In this document: in pieces, positions 19,190-27,652 of the stretch | Numbering within the stretch: position 1 is the stretch's first letter | How the letters are laid out: every line of letters starts with the position of its first letter | Source of the DNA: Eubacteriales bacterium | GTDB taxonomy: Bacteria; Bacillota; Clostridia; Oscillospirales; CAG-272 | DNA length: 64,000 nucleotides | Direction: 5' to 3' | Assembly (NCBI GenBank): GCA_045531965.1 | Contig: JAZSFA010000004.1 | Span: forward strand, 22,617-86,616 | Made by a program: the position numbers and the translations under genes | Notes under the pieces: generated by a model | Database searches by the model: none | Told to the model about the DNA's origin: nothing | What the model saw: the letters and a program-made list of their open reading frames with translations, nothing else

Positions 19190-19530
19190 AGCAAGCCAAG
19201 CTCAAAAGGTGCGCCATGATCTCCCTTTCTGGAGGGAGCGATCAAACGATACTTTGAGTGAAGTCGGATTACCACCGACAGAGGGCGATGACAAACGTGA
19301 GGGATAATGATACTTCAGTAGCCGAAAGGCGCTGCCTGCGGAGTACCCGGGGGAGGTGAGATTCCTATGGAGCCGATTCGTAATCGGACGCTTGATGACT
19401 TCCCATGCCGAACCAAGTTCGGTCACACCGGGGTGTCGAGGACAAGTAGGTGTGTTAAGAGCCAAAGGTAAAACGGCAGACCACCTTTTCACATAGGTCT
19501 GCCTGCGGCGGCTCGGATACATACCTATAT
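19190..19530 (+). ncRNA. candidate structured RNA or group II intron 5' fragment (unassigned)
   Basis: GC-rich non-coding island between AT-richer genes. Hairpins at 19218-19243, 19264-19278, 19321-19330 (GAAA loop), 19373-19387, 19408-19422 and 19475-19503. Possible long-range pairing of 19259-19264 with 19312-19317. Begins GTGCGCC at 19209. Strand not established. Confidence 0.3.
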
Positions 19531-19572
19531 CAGAGAAAACCCAATTAATAACAACATGGAGGATACGGAAAC

Positions 19573-19953
19573 ATGAATTACAGAGCTTTTAACAATTACA
19601 TCAACGAGGTGATGAACGCCATCGATTCTCAGCACAATCGCTTGGATGGTAAAGCGGGGACCAATTTTTTCAATAACGGCAAATGGGCTCTACGCAGCCT
19701 GGAGCGAATTTTCAAGGACAAGGAGAGAAACATCCGCCGCTGGCTCAACGGCAAGCCTTGTGTCTTTACGAGCGATAGAACAGGTCAGAGAATCGAAATC
19801 ATTATTGGACCCGACAGGGAAGCACTCTATTATTTCCTGATTTTCTGTAAGAAGATTGCAGAAAAGGAAGAGATCAGCGAGGATCTTCAGAATTATGTGG
19901 CATTCCTCATTTCTCGCAGTGCGGTTCGGGATGAGGACTGGGAGGAGTGCTGA
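19573..19953 (+). CDS. hypothetical protein
   Basis: SD GGAGGA upstream; its stop abuts the next gene start; no motif recognised. Confidence 0.6.
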   Translation: MNYRAFNNYINEVMNAIDSQHNRLDGKAGTNFFNNGKWALRSLERIFKDKERNIRRWLNGKPCVFTSDRTGQRIEIIIGPDREALYYFLIFCKKIAEKEEISEDLQNYVAFLISRSAVRDEDWEEC

Positions 19954-19954
19954 G

Positions 19955-20929
19955 GTGAATGAGATCTTAACGATCAATCCGGCGTTTCAACAGGTTATTC
20001 CGGAATTGTCCGAGGAAGAATTCGCTCAGCTTGAAGCAAATATTCTGAAGGACGGTATGCTTCATCCCATTATCGTTTGGAATGGAGTAATCATAGACGG
20101 ACACAATCGTTATAAGATCGCACAAAAGCACCCTGAGATCACCTTTACAACGTATGCCATGGACTTTCAGAGCGATTACGAAGCGATCTCTTGGATATGC
20201 AGCAACCAGCTTGGACGTAGAAATATTACCGAACCATACAAGAAATGTCTTCTTGCCACCAGATACGAGGCCGAGAAATATTTGGTCAGGTTTAATGGAA
20301 ACCGCTTCACTTCACCTAATGAAAGTAGGATGGACACGGCGTGTCCATCCTATAAATCCCACGGAACCCGCACTCGAATTGCTGAGGAGGAGGGTGTCAG
20401 CGAAGGGTACATTGAAAATGCGGTCCAATATATGAGGGGAGTAGAAGCTGCTGAAGAGATCGATCCAGGAATCAAGAAGGAACTGTTGTCCGAGAGGATT
20501 ACGCCCTCCTTTAAGGAGGTAGCGTCGATTGCCAAAATCCCTATGGAGGAACGACAAGCGGCAGTTGAACAGCTACGGATTCCGAAAGAGCAGAGAAAGG
20601 TACAGGCCAAACGGACGCAGGCGCTTAAATCCACCTCGGAGAAGGAAAAGGGGACAAAGCCGTCGATAAACAACCCAAACGAGGATGCACCCGGTATGAA
20701 TGTGGAGGAGAAAAACAGTTTTGACACACCGAAAGAGTGCGTTCATGAGATCGAGGAAGCCATACTCGATTCTATGGTGGGCACGGTCAATATGTTTATT
20801 GACAGCATCAATAACTATTTGTCCCGCTTTCCCAGACTCAGAACAGATCCCAAATATAGCGGTAAAACGAGAGAAATCATGGTTGCCGCAAAAAATTATA
20901 TCAATGATGTAGAAGGAGATTTAGTATGA
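19955..20929 (+). CDS. ParB N-terminal-domain (ParB/Srx fold) protein
   Basis: HPIIVWNGVIIDGHNRYKIA ParB-box motif. GTG 19955 lies behind GGGAGGAG, 1 nt after the previous stop. The listed ATG 19856 start would overlap the upstream gene by ~100 nt. Confidence 0.7.
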   Translation: MNEILTINPAFQQVIPELSEEEFAQLEANILKDGMLHPIIVWNGVIIDGHNRYKIAQKHPEITFTTYAMDFQSDYEAISWICSNQLGRRNITEPYKKCLLATRYEAEKYLVRFNGNRFTSPNESRMDTACPSYKSHGTRTRIAEEEGVSEGYIENAVQYMRGVEAAEEIDPGIKKELLSERITPSFKEVASIAKIPMEERQAAVEQLRIPKEQRKVQAKRTQALKSTSEKEKGTKPSINNPNEDAPGMNVEEKNSFDTPKECVHEIEEAILDSMVGTVNMFIDSINNYLSRFPRLRTDPKYSGKTREIMVAAKNYINDVEGDLV

Positions 20930-21738
20930 CATCCACAAACGGTCCAGAACGTTTCAATGCGAAGAACTATGATGAACTGCTTCCGTATCGAATGGAAGCG
21001 ATTCATAGCGCCCTGATCGACACCACAATGTATCAACGCCCCCTTGACATGAACAAGGTCAAGCGGATCGCGGCAGAGTTCAATGAACGTATTGCCAATG
21101 AACCGAAGGTGAGTCTTCGAGACGGAAGGTATTATGTGTTTGACGGACAGCATACCATCGCGGCGCGCAAGCTGTTGAACGATGGTAATGACCTTGTTAT
21201 CGTGTGCAAGGTCTTTTACGGTATGACGCAAGAGGAGGAAGCACTCCTGTTTGCGGCTCAAACGGGTGTATCGTCTAAACCCACCTCCGGTGTTACGCTC
21301 ATGGCCAAGAAAATTGGCAACGATGCCCGGGCACTTAGTTTCATCAAGGTCAATGAAGAATTGAACATCCAACCGAGTTATTCCGATGTTCGCGGAAAAT
21401 ACCGCCTTAGATGTATCAATACCGCACGGAAGGAATTTGACAGAGTCGGGGAAATTCGTTACAGGGAAGCAATAAAGATCATCGTGGGGGCTTGGAGAGG
21501 GAAGTCTTCGTCCTTGATTTCGGACGTGATCGTTGCCGTATGTCGTTTCGTCAATATCTATTATGGCGAATACGATCGGCAACAGCTCATAAGAAGATTA
21601 TCGTGTTCTGATCCATACGATATTGTGAAAGCATCCAGGAGCTTAGGCGAGGATGGCGGAAAGAAGAGAGCACTCAAACTCATTTTGAACATATACAATA
21701 ATGGCAACGACCATAATCCGCTGCCTTTAAGGTTTTGA
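20926..21738 (+). CDS. ParB-fold protein with DGQHR-like motif (DndB/DUF-type)
   Basis: RPLDMNKVKRIAAEF...YYVFDGQHTIAARK; the start overlaps the previous stop (ATGA). Confidence 0.6.
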   Translation: MTSTNGPERFNAKNYDELLPYRMEAIHSALIDTTMYQRPLDMNKVKRIAAEFNERIANEPKVSLRDGRYYVFDGQHTIAARKLLNDGNDLVIVCKVFYGMTQEEEALLFAAQTGVSSKPTSGVTLMAKKIGNDARALSFIKVNEELNIQPSYSDVRGKYRLRCINTARKEFDRVGEIRYREAIKIIVGAWRGKSSSLISDVIVAVCRFVNIYYGEYDRQQLIRRLSCSDPYDIVKASRSLGEDGGKKRALKLILNIYNNGNDHNPLPLRF

Positions 21739-21837
21739 TTCTCGATATGGCCTCCTTGGGGACTGTCACTTGCGGCAGTCCCATTTACATAGCCGATGTG
21801 AAAATGTCGGTGTTACAAAACGGAGGTTTACAAGTAC

Positions 21838-22209
21838 ATGGAAAGAAAAATTAAACGTGGGGAGATCTACTATGCGGATCTTGATCCCGCTGTCGGATCG
21901 GAGCAAGGCGGCGAACGACCCGTTCTGATCATCCAAAATAATGCCGGGAATAAGTATGGCCCTACGGTCATCGTGTTGGCAATTACGAGTCAATATCATA
22001 AGAAAATACGTTTGCCCACTCATGTGCCTATTGATGGCTCGGGGTTGCCGGTGAATTCCATTGTTCTTGCCGAACAGGTGCGGACTGTGGATAAAACAAG
22101 ACTTTCGTGCTACGTTGGCAGGGTCAGTACGGTGTCCATGGAGGCGGTTGACCGTGCATTGAAGATCAGCATGGGGGTGGAGCAATGTCGGATGAAATCA
22201 AAAGGCTGA
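21838..22209 (+). CDS. mazF: MazF/PemK-family endoribonuclease toxin
   Basis: Near-textbook EndoA/MazF sequence: IKRGEIYYADLDPAVGSEQGGERPVLIIQNN..PTVIVLAITSQ..LPTHVPI..SIVLAEQVRTVDKTRL. Confidence 0.9.
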   Translation: MERKIKRGEIYYADLDPAVGSEQGGERPVLIIQNNAGNKYGPTVIVLAITSQYHKKIRLPTHVPIDGSGLPVNSIVLAEQVRTVDKTRLSCYVGRVSTVSMEAVDRALKISMGVEQCRMKSKG

Positions 22210-22337
22210 TGATCTATCTTGTTTCGGTGGACGTTCTTCGAAGAATGCTGAAATGTCACAATTATGACAAGAAAATGCTGGATCGATTGAATAAGAAGAA
22301 TGCTGAGACCATGGGGTGCATGGTTGTTGAGTTATAA
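22185..22337 (+). CDS. 50-aa ORF overlapping the mazF 3' end
   Basis: ATG 22185 to TAA 22335-22337 (MSDEIKRLMIYLVSVDVLRRMLKCHNYDKKMLDRLNKKNAETMGCMVVEL). Too short for the ORF track; no strong SD. Confidence 0.3.
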   Translation: MSDEIKRLMIYLVSVDVLRRMLKCHNYDKKMLDRLNKKNAETMGCMVVEL

Positions 22338-22414
22338 GTCGTGCCTGACTATAGCCTCCTGTTGGAATCACTATGGGAGGCTATAACCAATCATGATTGT
22401 TTACACAATATCCG

Positions 22415-22443
22415 TTGACATTCCTGCGTTTATTCGATATAAT
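22415..22443 (+). promoter_or_regulatory. consensus sigma-70-type promoter
   Basis: TTGACA (22415-22420), 17-nt spacer, TATAAT (22438-22443). Confidence 0.6.
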
Positions 22444-22504
22444 GAGGAAGATAAAAGAAACAACTGGGATATTAGTAGAACATGGCAATCAGGAGGCAAA
22501 ACTC

Positions 22505-23233
22505 ATGGACAAAGGATATATGTATATCGTAACAAATGATACATATGAGAGTAAGGATCTGTATAAGATCGGACATACGAAAAACACGAAGGAACGCTTT
22601 CGCAATTTCCAAACCTTTAGCCCGGATCTTTTGAAAATTATTTATGTACATGAGTGCAACAATCGTTTGGAATTGGAGCAGCAGATCCATGCTCTCATGA
22701 ACGCTTTTGATGCTCAGATACGTAACGAGTGGTATCAACTTAATGCTCGGCAGTTAAATGCTATTATCACATTGCTCAAAGGGCAAATACGAGGGAAGAA
22801 TGTTACAGAGGAAGTCATACAATCGTTACAAAAGAACAGGCGGAGAACCGTCTGCCAAACAAGTGCAACGACTGTTCGTGAAATGAACAACTTAAATAAT
22901 CTATCTGGAACCTTTTATTTGCGCGGGCGTCAGACCTCTGCCCTTTCAATAACGAATGGGAAAATTGTGGTAAAGAAAGGATCGCTGGTGAGGAAACAAA
23001 CTCTTCCTACGCTGGAAAATGGGACGTATCACCGTGTTTTAGATTTAAGAGCAAAAATGCTCGCAGACGGAATATTAGCGGATGTCGGAGAGTATTATGC
23101 GCTTACACAAGACGTAGAATTTAATAGTGTTTCCATGGCTGCAAATGTTCTTTTGGGGCAATGGGCGAATGGCCGTGATGTGTGGATTGATGCTCAAGGA
23201 AGAAGTATCAATGACATTATTAAGGGGGAGTAG
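22505..23233 (+). CDS. GIY-YIG-like (T5orf172-type) N-terminal domain protein with DUF4357-like C-terminus
   Basis: YMYIVTN..LYKIGHTKN..R...F...NEWYQL N-terminal pattern; C-terminal half GTFYLRGR..IVVKKGS..LGQWANGRDVWIDAQGRSI; ATG 22505 lies behind AGGAGG. Confidence 0.65.
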   Translation: MDKGYMYIVTNDTYESKDLYKIGHTKNTKERFRNFQTFSPDLLKIIYVHECNNRLELEQQIHALMNAFDAQIRNEWYQLNARQLNAIITLLKGQIRGKNVTEEVIQSLQKNRRRTVCQTSATTVREMNNLNNLSGTFYLRGRQTSALSITNGKIVVKKGSLVRKQTLPTLENGTYHRVLDLRAKMLADGILADVGEYYALTQDVEFNSVSMAANVLLGQWANGRDVWIDAQGRSINDIIKGE

Positions 23234-23280
23234 TGTCCTTTTACTGTTAGGTAACTCATCTATAATTACATATATAAGAG

Positions 23281-23309
23281 AGCTCTTGATTTCATCAAGG
23301 GCTTTTTTG
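23281..23309 (+). terminator. intrinsic terminator
   Basis: AGCTCTTGAT-TTC-ATCAAGGGCT stem-loop followed by TTTTTT. Confidence 0.7.
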
Positions 23310-23405
23310 TTTACCTACACGAGCATAATAGATCTCGGAAATCGCATCCTTGATGAGTTTTCGGGAAAATGGTAAAATACCAATACGAAGAAAGGAGTCG
23401 TCATT

Positions 23406-24950
23406 ATGAATAATGGAATCAGAGAGATCAAAGTGATACAGCCAACATCTGGAATGATTACAAAGGAGAAAATAAGAACAGCGGCATATTGCCGTGTCAG
23501 CACGGATTCTGCTGATCAGATCAATTCGTTCATGGCGCAAATGCGATATTATAGCGAATATATCAGGAATCATGACGATATGGTTTTTGTTGATATATAC
23601 GCAGACGAGGGAATTACAGGCACCAGCATCAGTAAGCGGGATGAGTTTAAACGTATGCTGAAAGATTGCAAAAATCGCAAAATTGATCGCATTTTGGTCA
23701 AGAGTGTTCAGCGATTTGCGCGGAATTCTTTGGAGTGCATTGAGACCGTCCGTGTTTTGGCAGAGAATGGTGTTAGCGTTTACTTTGAAAATGATGGCAT
23801 TGATACTAGAACCATGAATTCAGAGATGATACTGTACATCAAAAGTGCTTTTGCACAGGGAGAGTCAATGGCTGCATCCAAAAGAATGTCAACATCCGTT
23901 CGAATGAAAATGGAAGACGGAACTTTTGTGACGACTACGGCACCATATGGCTACCGTCTGACAGATAAGCAATTGGTTATGTGCACGGAAGAGGCGGATA
24001 TCGTGAGACAAATATTTGCGTGGTATTTATCCGGATTGGGGATGAATGCAATTGTGACCAGGCTGAACGCTCAAGATAATTTGCACAATTGGACCGTGAG
24101 TCATATTCGATATATTCTTTCCAATGAAAAGTATATTGGCGACATGCTCATGCAAAAAACATATACTCCGGACATCCTTCCTTTGCGAAATAGACGGAAT
24201 TGCGGAGAGCGCGCCAAGTATTATTCGGAGGCAACCCATGAACCGATTGTTACAACAGAAGTCTTTGAGGCAGCCCGAAAACTTAGAAAAGCACGGGAGG
24301 ACAAATATCAAAGAGAAAAGACAGCGAACAGAGGATTCTTTGGTGGAATGATTTACTGCCGTGAATGTGGATGGGCATACAAAAGGATTGTGCGAAAAGG
24401 AGAGCCGATCTGGTTGTGCAGTAAAAAGGGGACTACGGGAGTATCTTGCGGGAGTCACTCGTATTCGGAGCAAACCATATTTTCTACGTTTGTTCGCATG
24501 TATAATCGCTTTAGACAGAATGAGAAAAGTCTATTGGATGAAACGATTACACAACTCCAGGATCTTATGGATATAAAACTGCAAGGCAATGCACAAGTAT
24601 CAGAAATTGATGTGGAACTCGCAAACTTATGTGATCAAAATACAATATATTCTAAATTGCACGTAAAAGGTGTTATTGATGAGATTTCTTATCTGGAAAA
24701 AACAGATAACATAAAAAAACGGATTGACATGTTACGTTTGAGACGAAATAAACTGCTCGACGAGGATGATGATCATTGCATAGAAGATCTTCGTCGTCTC
24801 AAGAAGCTGCTAAAAGATGAACCCTCAAGCATATCCGAGGGAAATGAGCAGCTGCTTGCCTTGTTTGTAACCAAGATCTATGCCGAGCAAAATGGGGATT
24901 TAACTTTTTGCTTGCTGGGAGATTTGCATTTCAGAATAGAGGTGAGATAA
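23406..24950 (+). CDS. large serine recombinase
   Basis: AAYCRVSTDS catalytic-Ser motif, YADEGITGT, ILVKSVQRFARN, recombinase domain (YGYRL..EEADIVRQIF) and Cys ribbon (CRECGW..CSKKG..SCG). Confidence 0.9.
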   Translation: MNNGIREIKVIQPTSGMITKEKIRTAAYCRVSTDSADQINSFMAQMRYYSEYIRNHDDMVFVDIYADEGITGTSISKRDEFKRMLKDCKNRKIDRILVKSVQRFARNSLECIETVRVLAENGVSVYFENDGIDTRTMNSEMILYIKSAFAQGESMAASKRMSTSVRMKMEDGTFVTTTAPYGYRLTDKQLVMCTEEADIVRQIFAWYLSGLGMNAIVTRLNAQDNLHNWTVSHIRYILSNEKYIGDMLMQKTYTPDILPLRNRRNCGERAKYYSEATHEPIVTTEVFEAARKLRKAREDKYQREKTANRGFFGGMIYCRECGWAYKRIVRKGEPIWLCSKKGTTGVSCGSHSYSEQTIFSTFVRMYNRFRQNEKSLLDETITQLQDLMDIKLQGNAQVSEIDVELANLCDQNTIYSKLHVKGVIDEISYLEKTDNIKKRIDMLRLRRNKLLDEDDDHCIEDLRRLKKLLKDEPSSISEGNEQLLALFVTKIYAEQNGDLTFCLLGDLHFRIEVR

Positions 24951-25804
24951 TGGCACTGCGTATGATCAACTATGGATACGAAATGATAAATGGCCTTCCA
25001 TCAATTGTGAATGAAGAAGCTGAAATAGTGAAAGAAATATTTCGACGATACGGAGAAGGAGATATACTTCTTGTTATCGCTACTGACTTGACAGAACGCG
25101 GAGTCGTTTTTTATCAAGAAAAAAGTGTGTGGACAAAAAGTATGATTGCACGGATCATTGATAATCGTCATTACGTAGGCGATGAGGGGTATCCCAGGAT
25201 TATCAATGATGAGGATTTTAAACGAGCCCATGAATTGAAAAGTCAAAAGGGAGTAAAGAAACCACCGTATAGCGAAGATATACAGTATTTGAAAAGTCAT
25301 TCTATTTGTGCCCAATGCGGGAATAAATTGTATCGTCATGGAAGTTGGAGCATTAGGGAAAAGTGGTTTTGCGCTTCGGGATGTAAAAATGACATATATA
25401 TAGGCGATCAAGAACTCATAGACGGTATCATTAAGGCTTTAAAATGTGCAAAGGAAAATGAAGAATGCTTAGTGATACATAGTGACAAGGCTACCCATCA
25501 ATCAAGTTTGGATATTGTAAGACAAACGAAGGAAATAAAACGTTTGATGGATCAACCCGAAGTGCCATTTGATATGGTGAAAAACTTGATTTTTCAATGT
25601 GCAACAAGTAAGTTTACGGATTATCCCGATAATGAGGCCGCGGCATACACCGAATATGTTCGGCGTGCTTTTGAAGAATGGGAACCTTGCGAGACGTTTG
25701 ATATAATGTTTTGGACAAAATTCATCGAGAACATAGCAGTTAAACAAGATGGTTCGGTTGTGATTACTTTTATTAACAAAGCGGAAGTAGAAGGAGGAAT
25801 ATAA
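24950..25804 (+). CDS. recombinase-domain plus zinc-ribbon protein lacking the resolvase catalytic domain
   Basis: Starts at YGYEMINGLPSIVNEEAEIVKEIFRRY (recombinase domain) and has CAQCGNKLYRHG..CASGC. There is no S-containing N-terminal resolvase domain. ATG overlaps the upstream TAA (TAATG). Confidence 0.65.
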   Translation: MALRMINYGYEMINGLPSIVNEEAEIVKEIFRRYGEGDILLVIATDLTERGVVFYQEKSVWTKSMIARIIDNRHYVGDEGYPRIINDEDFKRAHELKSQKGVKKPPYSEDIQYLKSHSICAQCGNKLYRHGSWSIREKWFCASGCKNDIYIGDQELIDGIIKALKCAKENEECLVIHSDKATHQSSLDIVRQTKEIKRLMDQPEVPFDMVKNLIFQCATSKFTDYPDNEAAAYTEYVRRAFEEWEPCETFDIMFWTKFIENIAVKQDGSVVITFINKAEVEGGI

Positions 25805-25807
25805 AGG

Positions 25808-27436
25808 ATGCCTATGTCAACACCAACACGTAAAATTGTTACTAAAATCGATGCTAATCCTTTGCTTGCAAATAAAGAGAATGAATATAAACAACTTCGT
25901 GTTGCGGCATATTGTCGTGTATCAACCGATAGTGATGAGCAGCTTGAAAGCTATGAAGCTCAGTTGGCATACTACACGGACGCTATAGCGAAAAAGCCTG
26001 AATGGAGATTCGCAGGCATATATGCTGACGAGGGAATAACCGGCACAATGGCGACAAAGCGCCCACGCTTTTTAAAGATGATCCAGGATTGTGAAAAAGG
26101 CAAGATTGATTATATACTTACAAAGTCCGTCGCGCGCTTTGCTCGAAACACCGTCGACAGTTTGAAATATGTGCGGCAGTTAAAAGCGATGGGAATCGGA
26201 GTATATTTTGAGGAGCAGGCTCTTGATTCTTTGAAAGCGGATAATGAGATGTTTCTCGGCCTCTATAGCGTAATGGCACAGGCCGAAAGTGAGAATATCA
26301 GTGCCAATGTGCGTTGGGGAATCCAGCAGAGAATGAAGTCAGGTACTTTTGCATTCCGGTACAATATCTTGGGCTATCGAAAGGGCGAGAACGGAGAACC
26401 GGAAATTGTTCCTGACGAGGCAGAAGTTGTACGAAAAATATTTGCTATGTATCTTGATGGCTGTAGTTTAGATCAAATTAAAGAGTATCTTGAGGAGAAA
26501 AAGATTTGCACTAAAAAGGGAAAGAGTGTTTGGAGTAAACAGATCATTCAAGGTATGCTTTGTAATGAACGGTTTGCGGGTGATATGCTTCTGCAAAAGA
26601 CTTATACCGAGAACTGCATCAACAAAAAGGTCAAGAAGAATCGCGGTGAGATGGCGAAATACTTGATAACCAATAATCACCCGGCGATTATTTCAAAGGA
26701 GACGTTCAAGATGGTTCAAGCAGAGCTTGCTCGCAGGAGCAGCAAACGGAAAACTTCGGATATTGGTATTACGGAGCAAGGCAAGTACAGCGGAAAATAT
26801 GTTCTTACAGAACTGTTGGTATGCGGCGAGTGCGGTAGTCCGTACAGGCGCAAGACATGGATTGTAAAGGGTGAAAAAAGACGGGTTTGGCGTTGCCTCA
26901 ATCGCGTGGAGCATGGGACGGCGTATTGCTCGAAATCTCCCTCACTGGATGAAGAAAAACTCCACGAGGCCATTTGCAGAGGTTTGAGAAACGCTTTCGA
27001 ATATCGTGAGGAGGTGGCAGAACTCATTCTTTCCGGGTTGGCGTATGCTGCAACTGGGAACGATCACGTCTTGGATGCTTATGCTATCGAGCAGAAAATC
27101 ATGGATCTGAAACAGGATATGGAAGATCTCATCATGATGAGTATGCGAACCGATGGCGATACCGAGCGATTTGAGGTTGAAATTCGGAAAATATCCGATC
27201 AGCTTTGTGTGTTGCGGGATCAACTTGAACTGGCGAAAACACAGGTTTGCTCGTGCGAGCAGGGAAATCAGGAGATTGATGACATCAAGAAACTTCTATC
27301 GGATATGGAAATGAACTTCACGGAGTATAGTGAGATGGTTGTGAGAAAACTAGTGGAGTGTATTCGGATTGGGGCGAAAGGAGAATTAATTATAATACTT
27401 AAAGGGGGAATAGTAGTTGAGGAGGTTCTACTATAA
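25808..27436 (+). CDS. large serine recombinase
   Basis: AAYCRVSTDSDEQ, YADEGITGT, ILTKSVARFARN, YGYRKGENGEPEIVPDEAEVVRKIF, CGECGSPYRRK..WRCLNR..CSKS ribbon, C-terminal coiled coil. Confidence 0.9.
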   Translation: MPMSTPTRKIVTKIDANPLLANKENEYKQLRVAAYCRVSTDSDEQLESYEAQLAYYTDAIAKKPEWRFAGIYADEGITGTMATKRPRFLKMIQDCEKGKIDYILTKSVARFARNTVDSLKYVRQLKAMGIGVYFEEQALDSLKADNEMFLGLYSVMAQAESENISANVRWGIQQRMKSGTFAFRYNILGYRKGENGEPEIVPDEAEVVRKIFAMYLDGCSLDQIKEYLEEKKICTKKGKSVWSKQIIQGMLCNERFAGDMLLQKTYTENCINKKVKKNRGEMAKYLITNNHPAIISKETFKMVQAELARRSSKRKTSDIGITEQGKYSGKYVLTELLVCGECGSPYRRKTWIVKGEKRRVWRCLNRVEHGTAYCSKSPSLDEEKLHEAICRGLRNAFEYREEVAELILSGLAYAATGNDHVLDAYAIEQKIMDLKQDMEDLIMMSMRTDGDTERFEVEIRKISDQLCVLRDQLELAKTQVCSCEQGNQEIDDIKKLLSDMEMNFTEYSEMVVRKLVECIRIGAKGELIIILKGGIVVEEVLL

Positions 27437-27652
27437 AATAAAAGACTATTAAAACGGTATCCGTGTGAGATGCTTGATGAAATAACATGATGTATCTATT
27501 CTAATTACGGATTTGTTATAGCGTTAGCACAACACAATACCACAACTATTTAGAAAATTCCAAAGCAAACGGAGATTTAACACTTTTGACTTGTTTTTTA
27601 TGCCGTTTTATGCTATAATATAACGGAAAATAAAAAGCAATGAGGTTTTAAT

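Noticed and set aside
19202-19522. 106-aa minus-strand ORF over the GC-rich hairpin region.
   Set aside because: It has Arg/Ser/Pro-rich low-complexity translation, no SD and no motif. The region is better explained as structured non-coding sequence (see the finding at 19190-19530).
21739-21837. Search for a MazE/PemI antitoxin gene upstream of mazF.
   Set aside because: Only 99 nt are available and there is no ORF of antitoxin size in any frame. The absence is reported as a finding rather than forcing an annotation.
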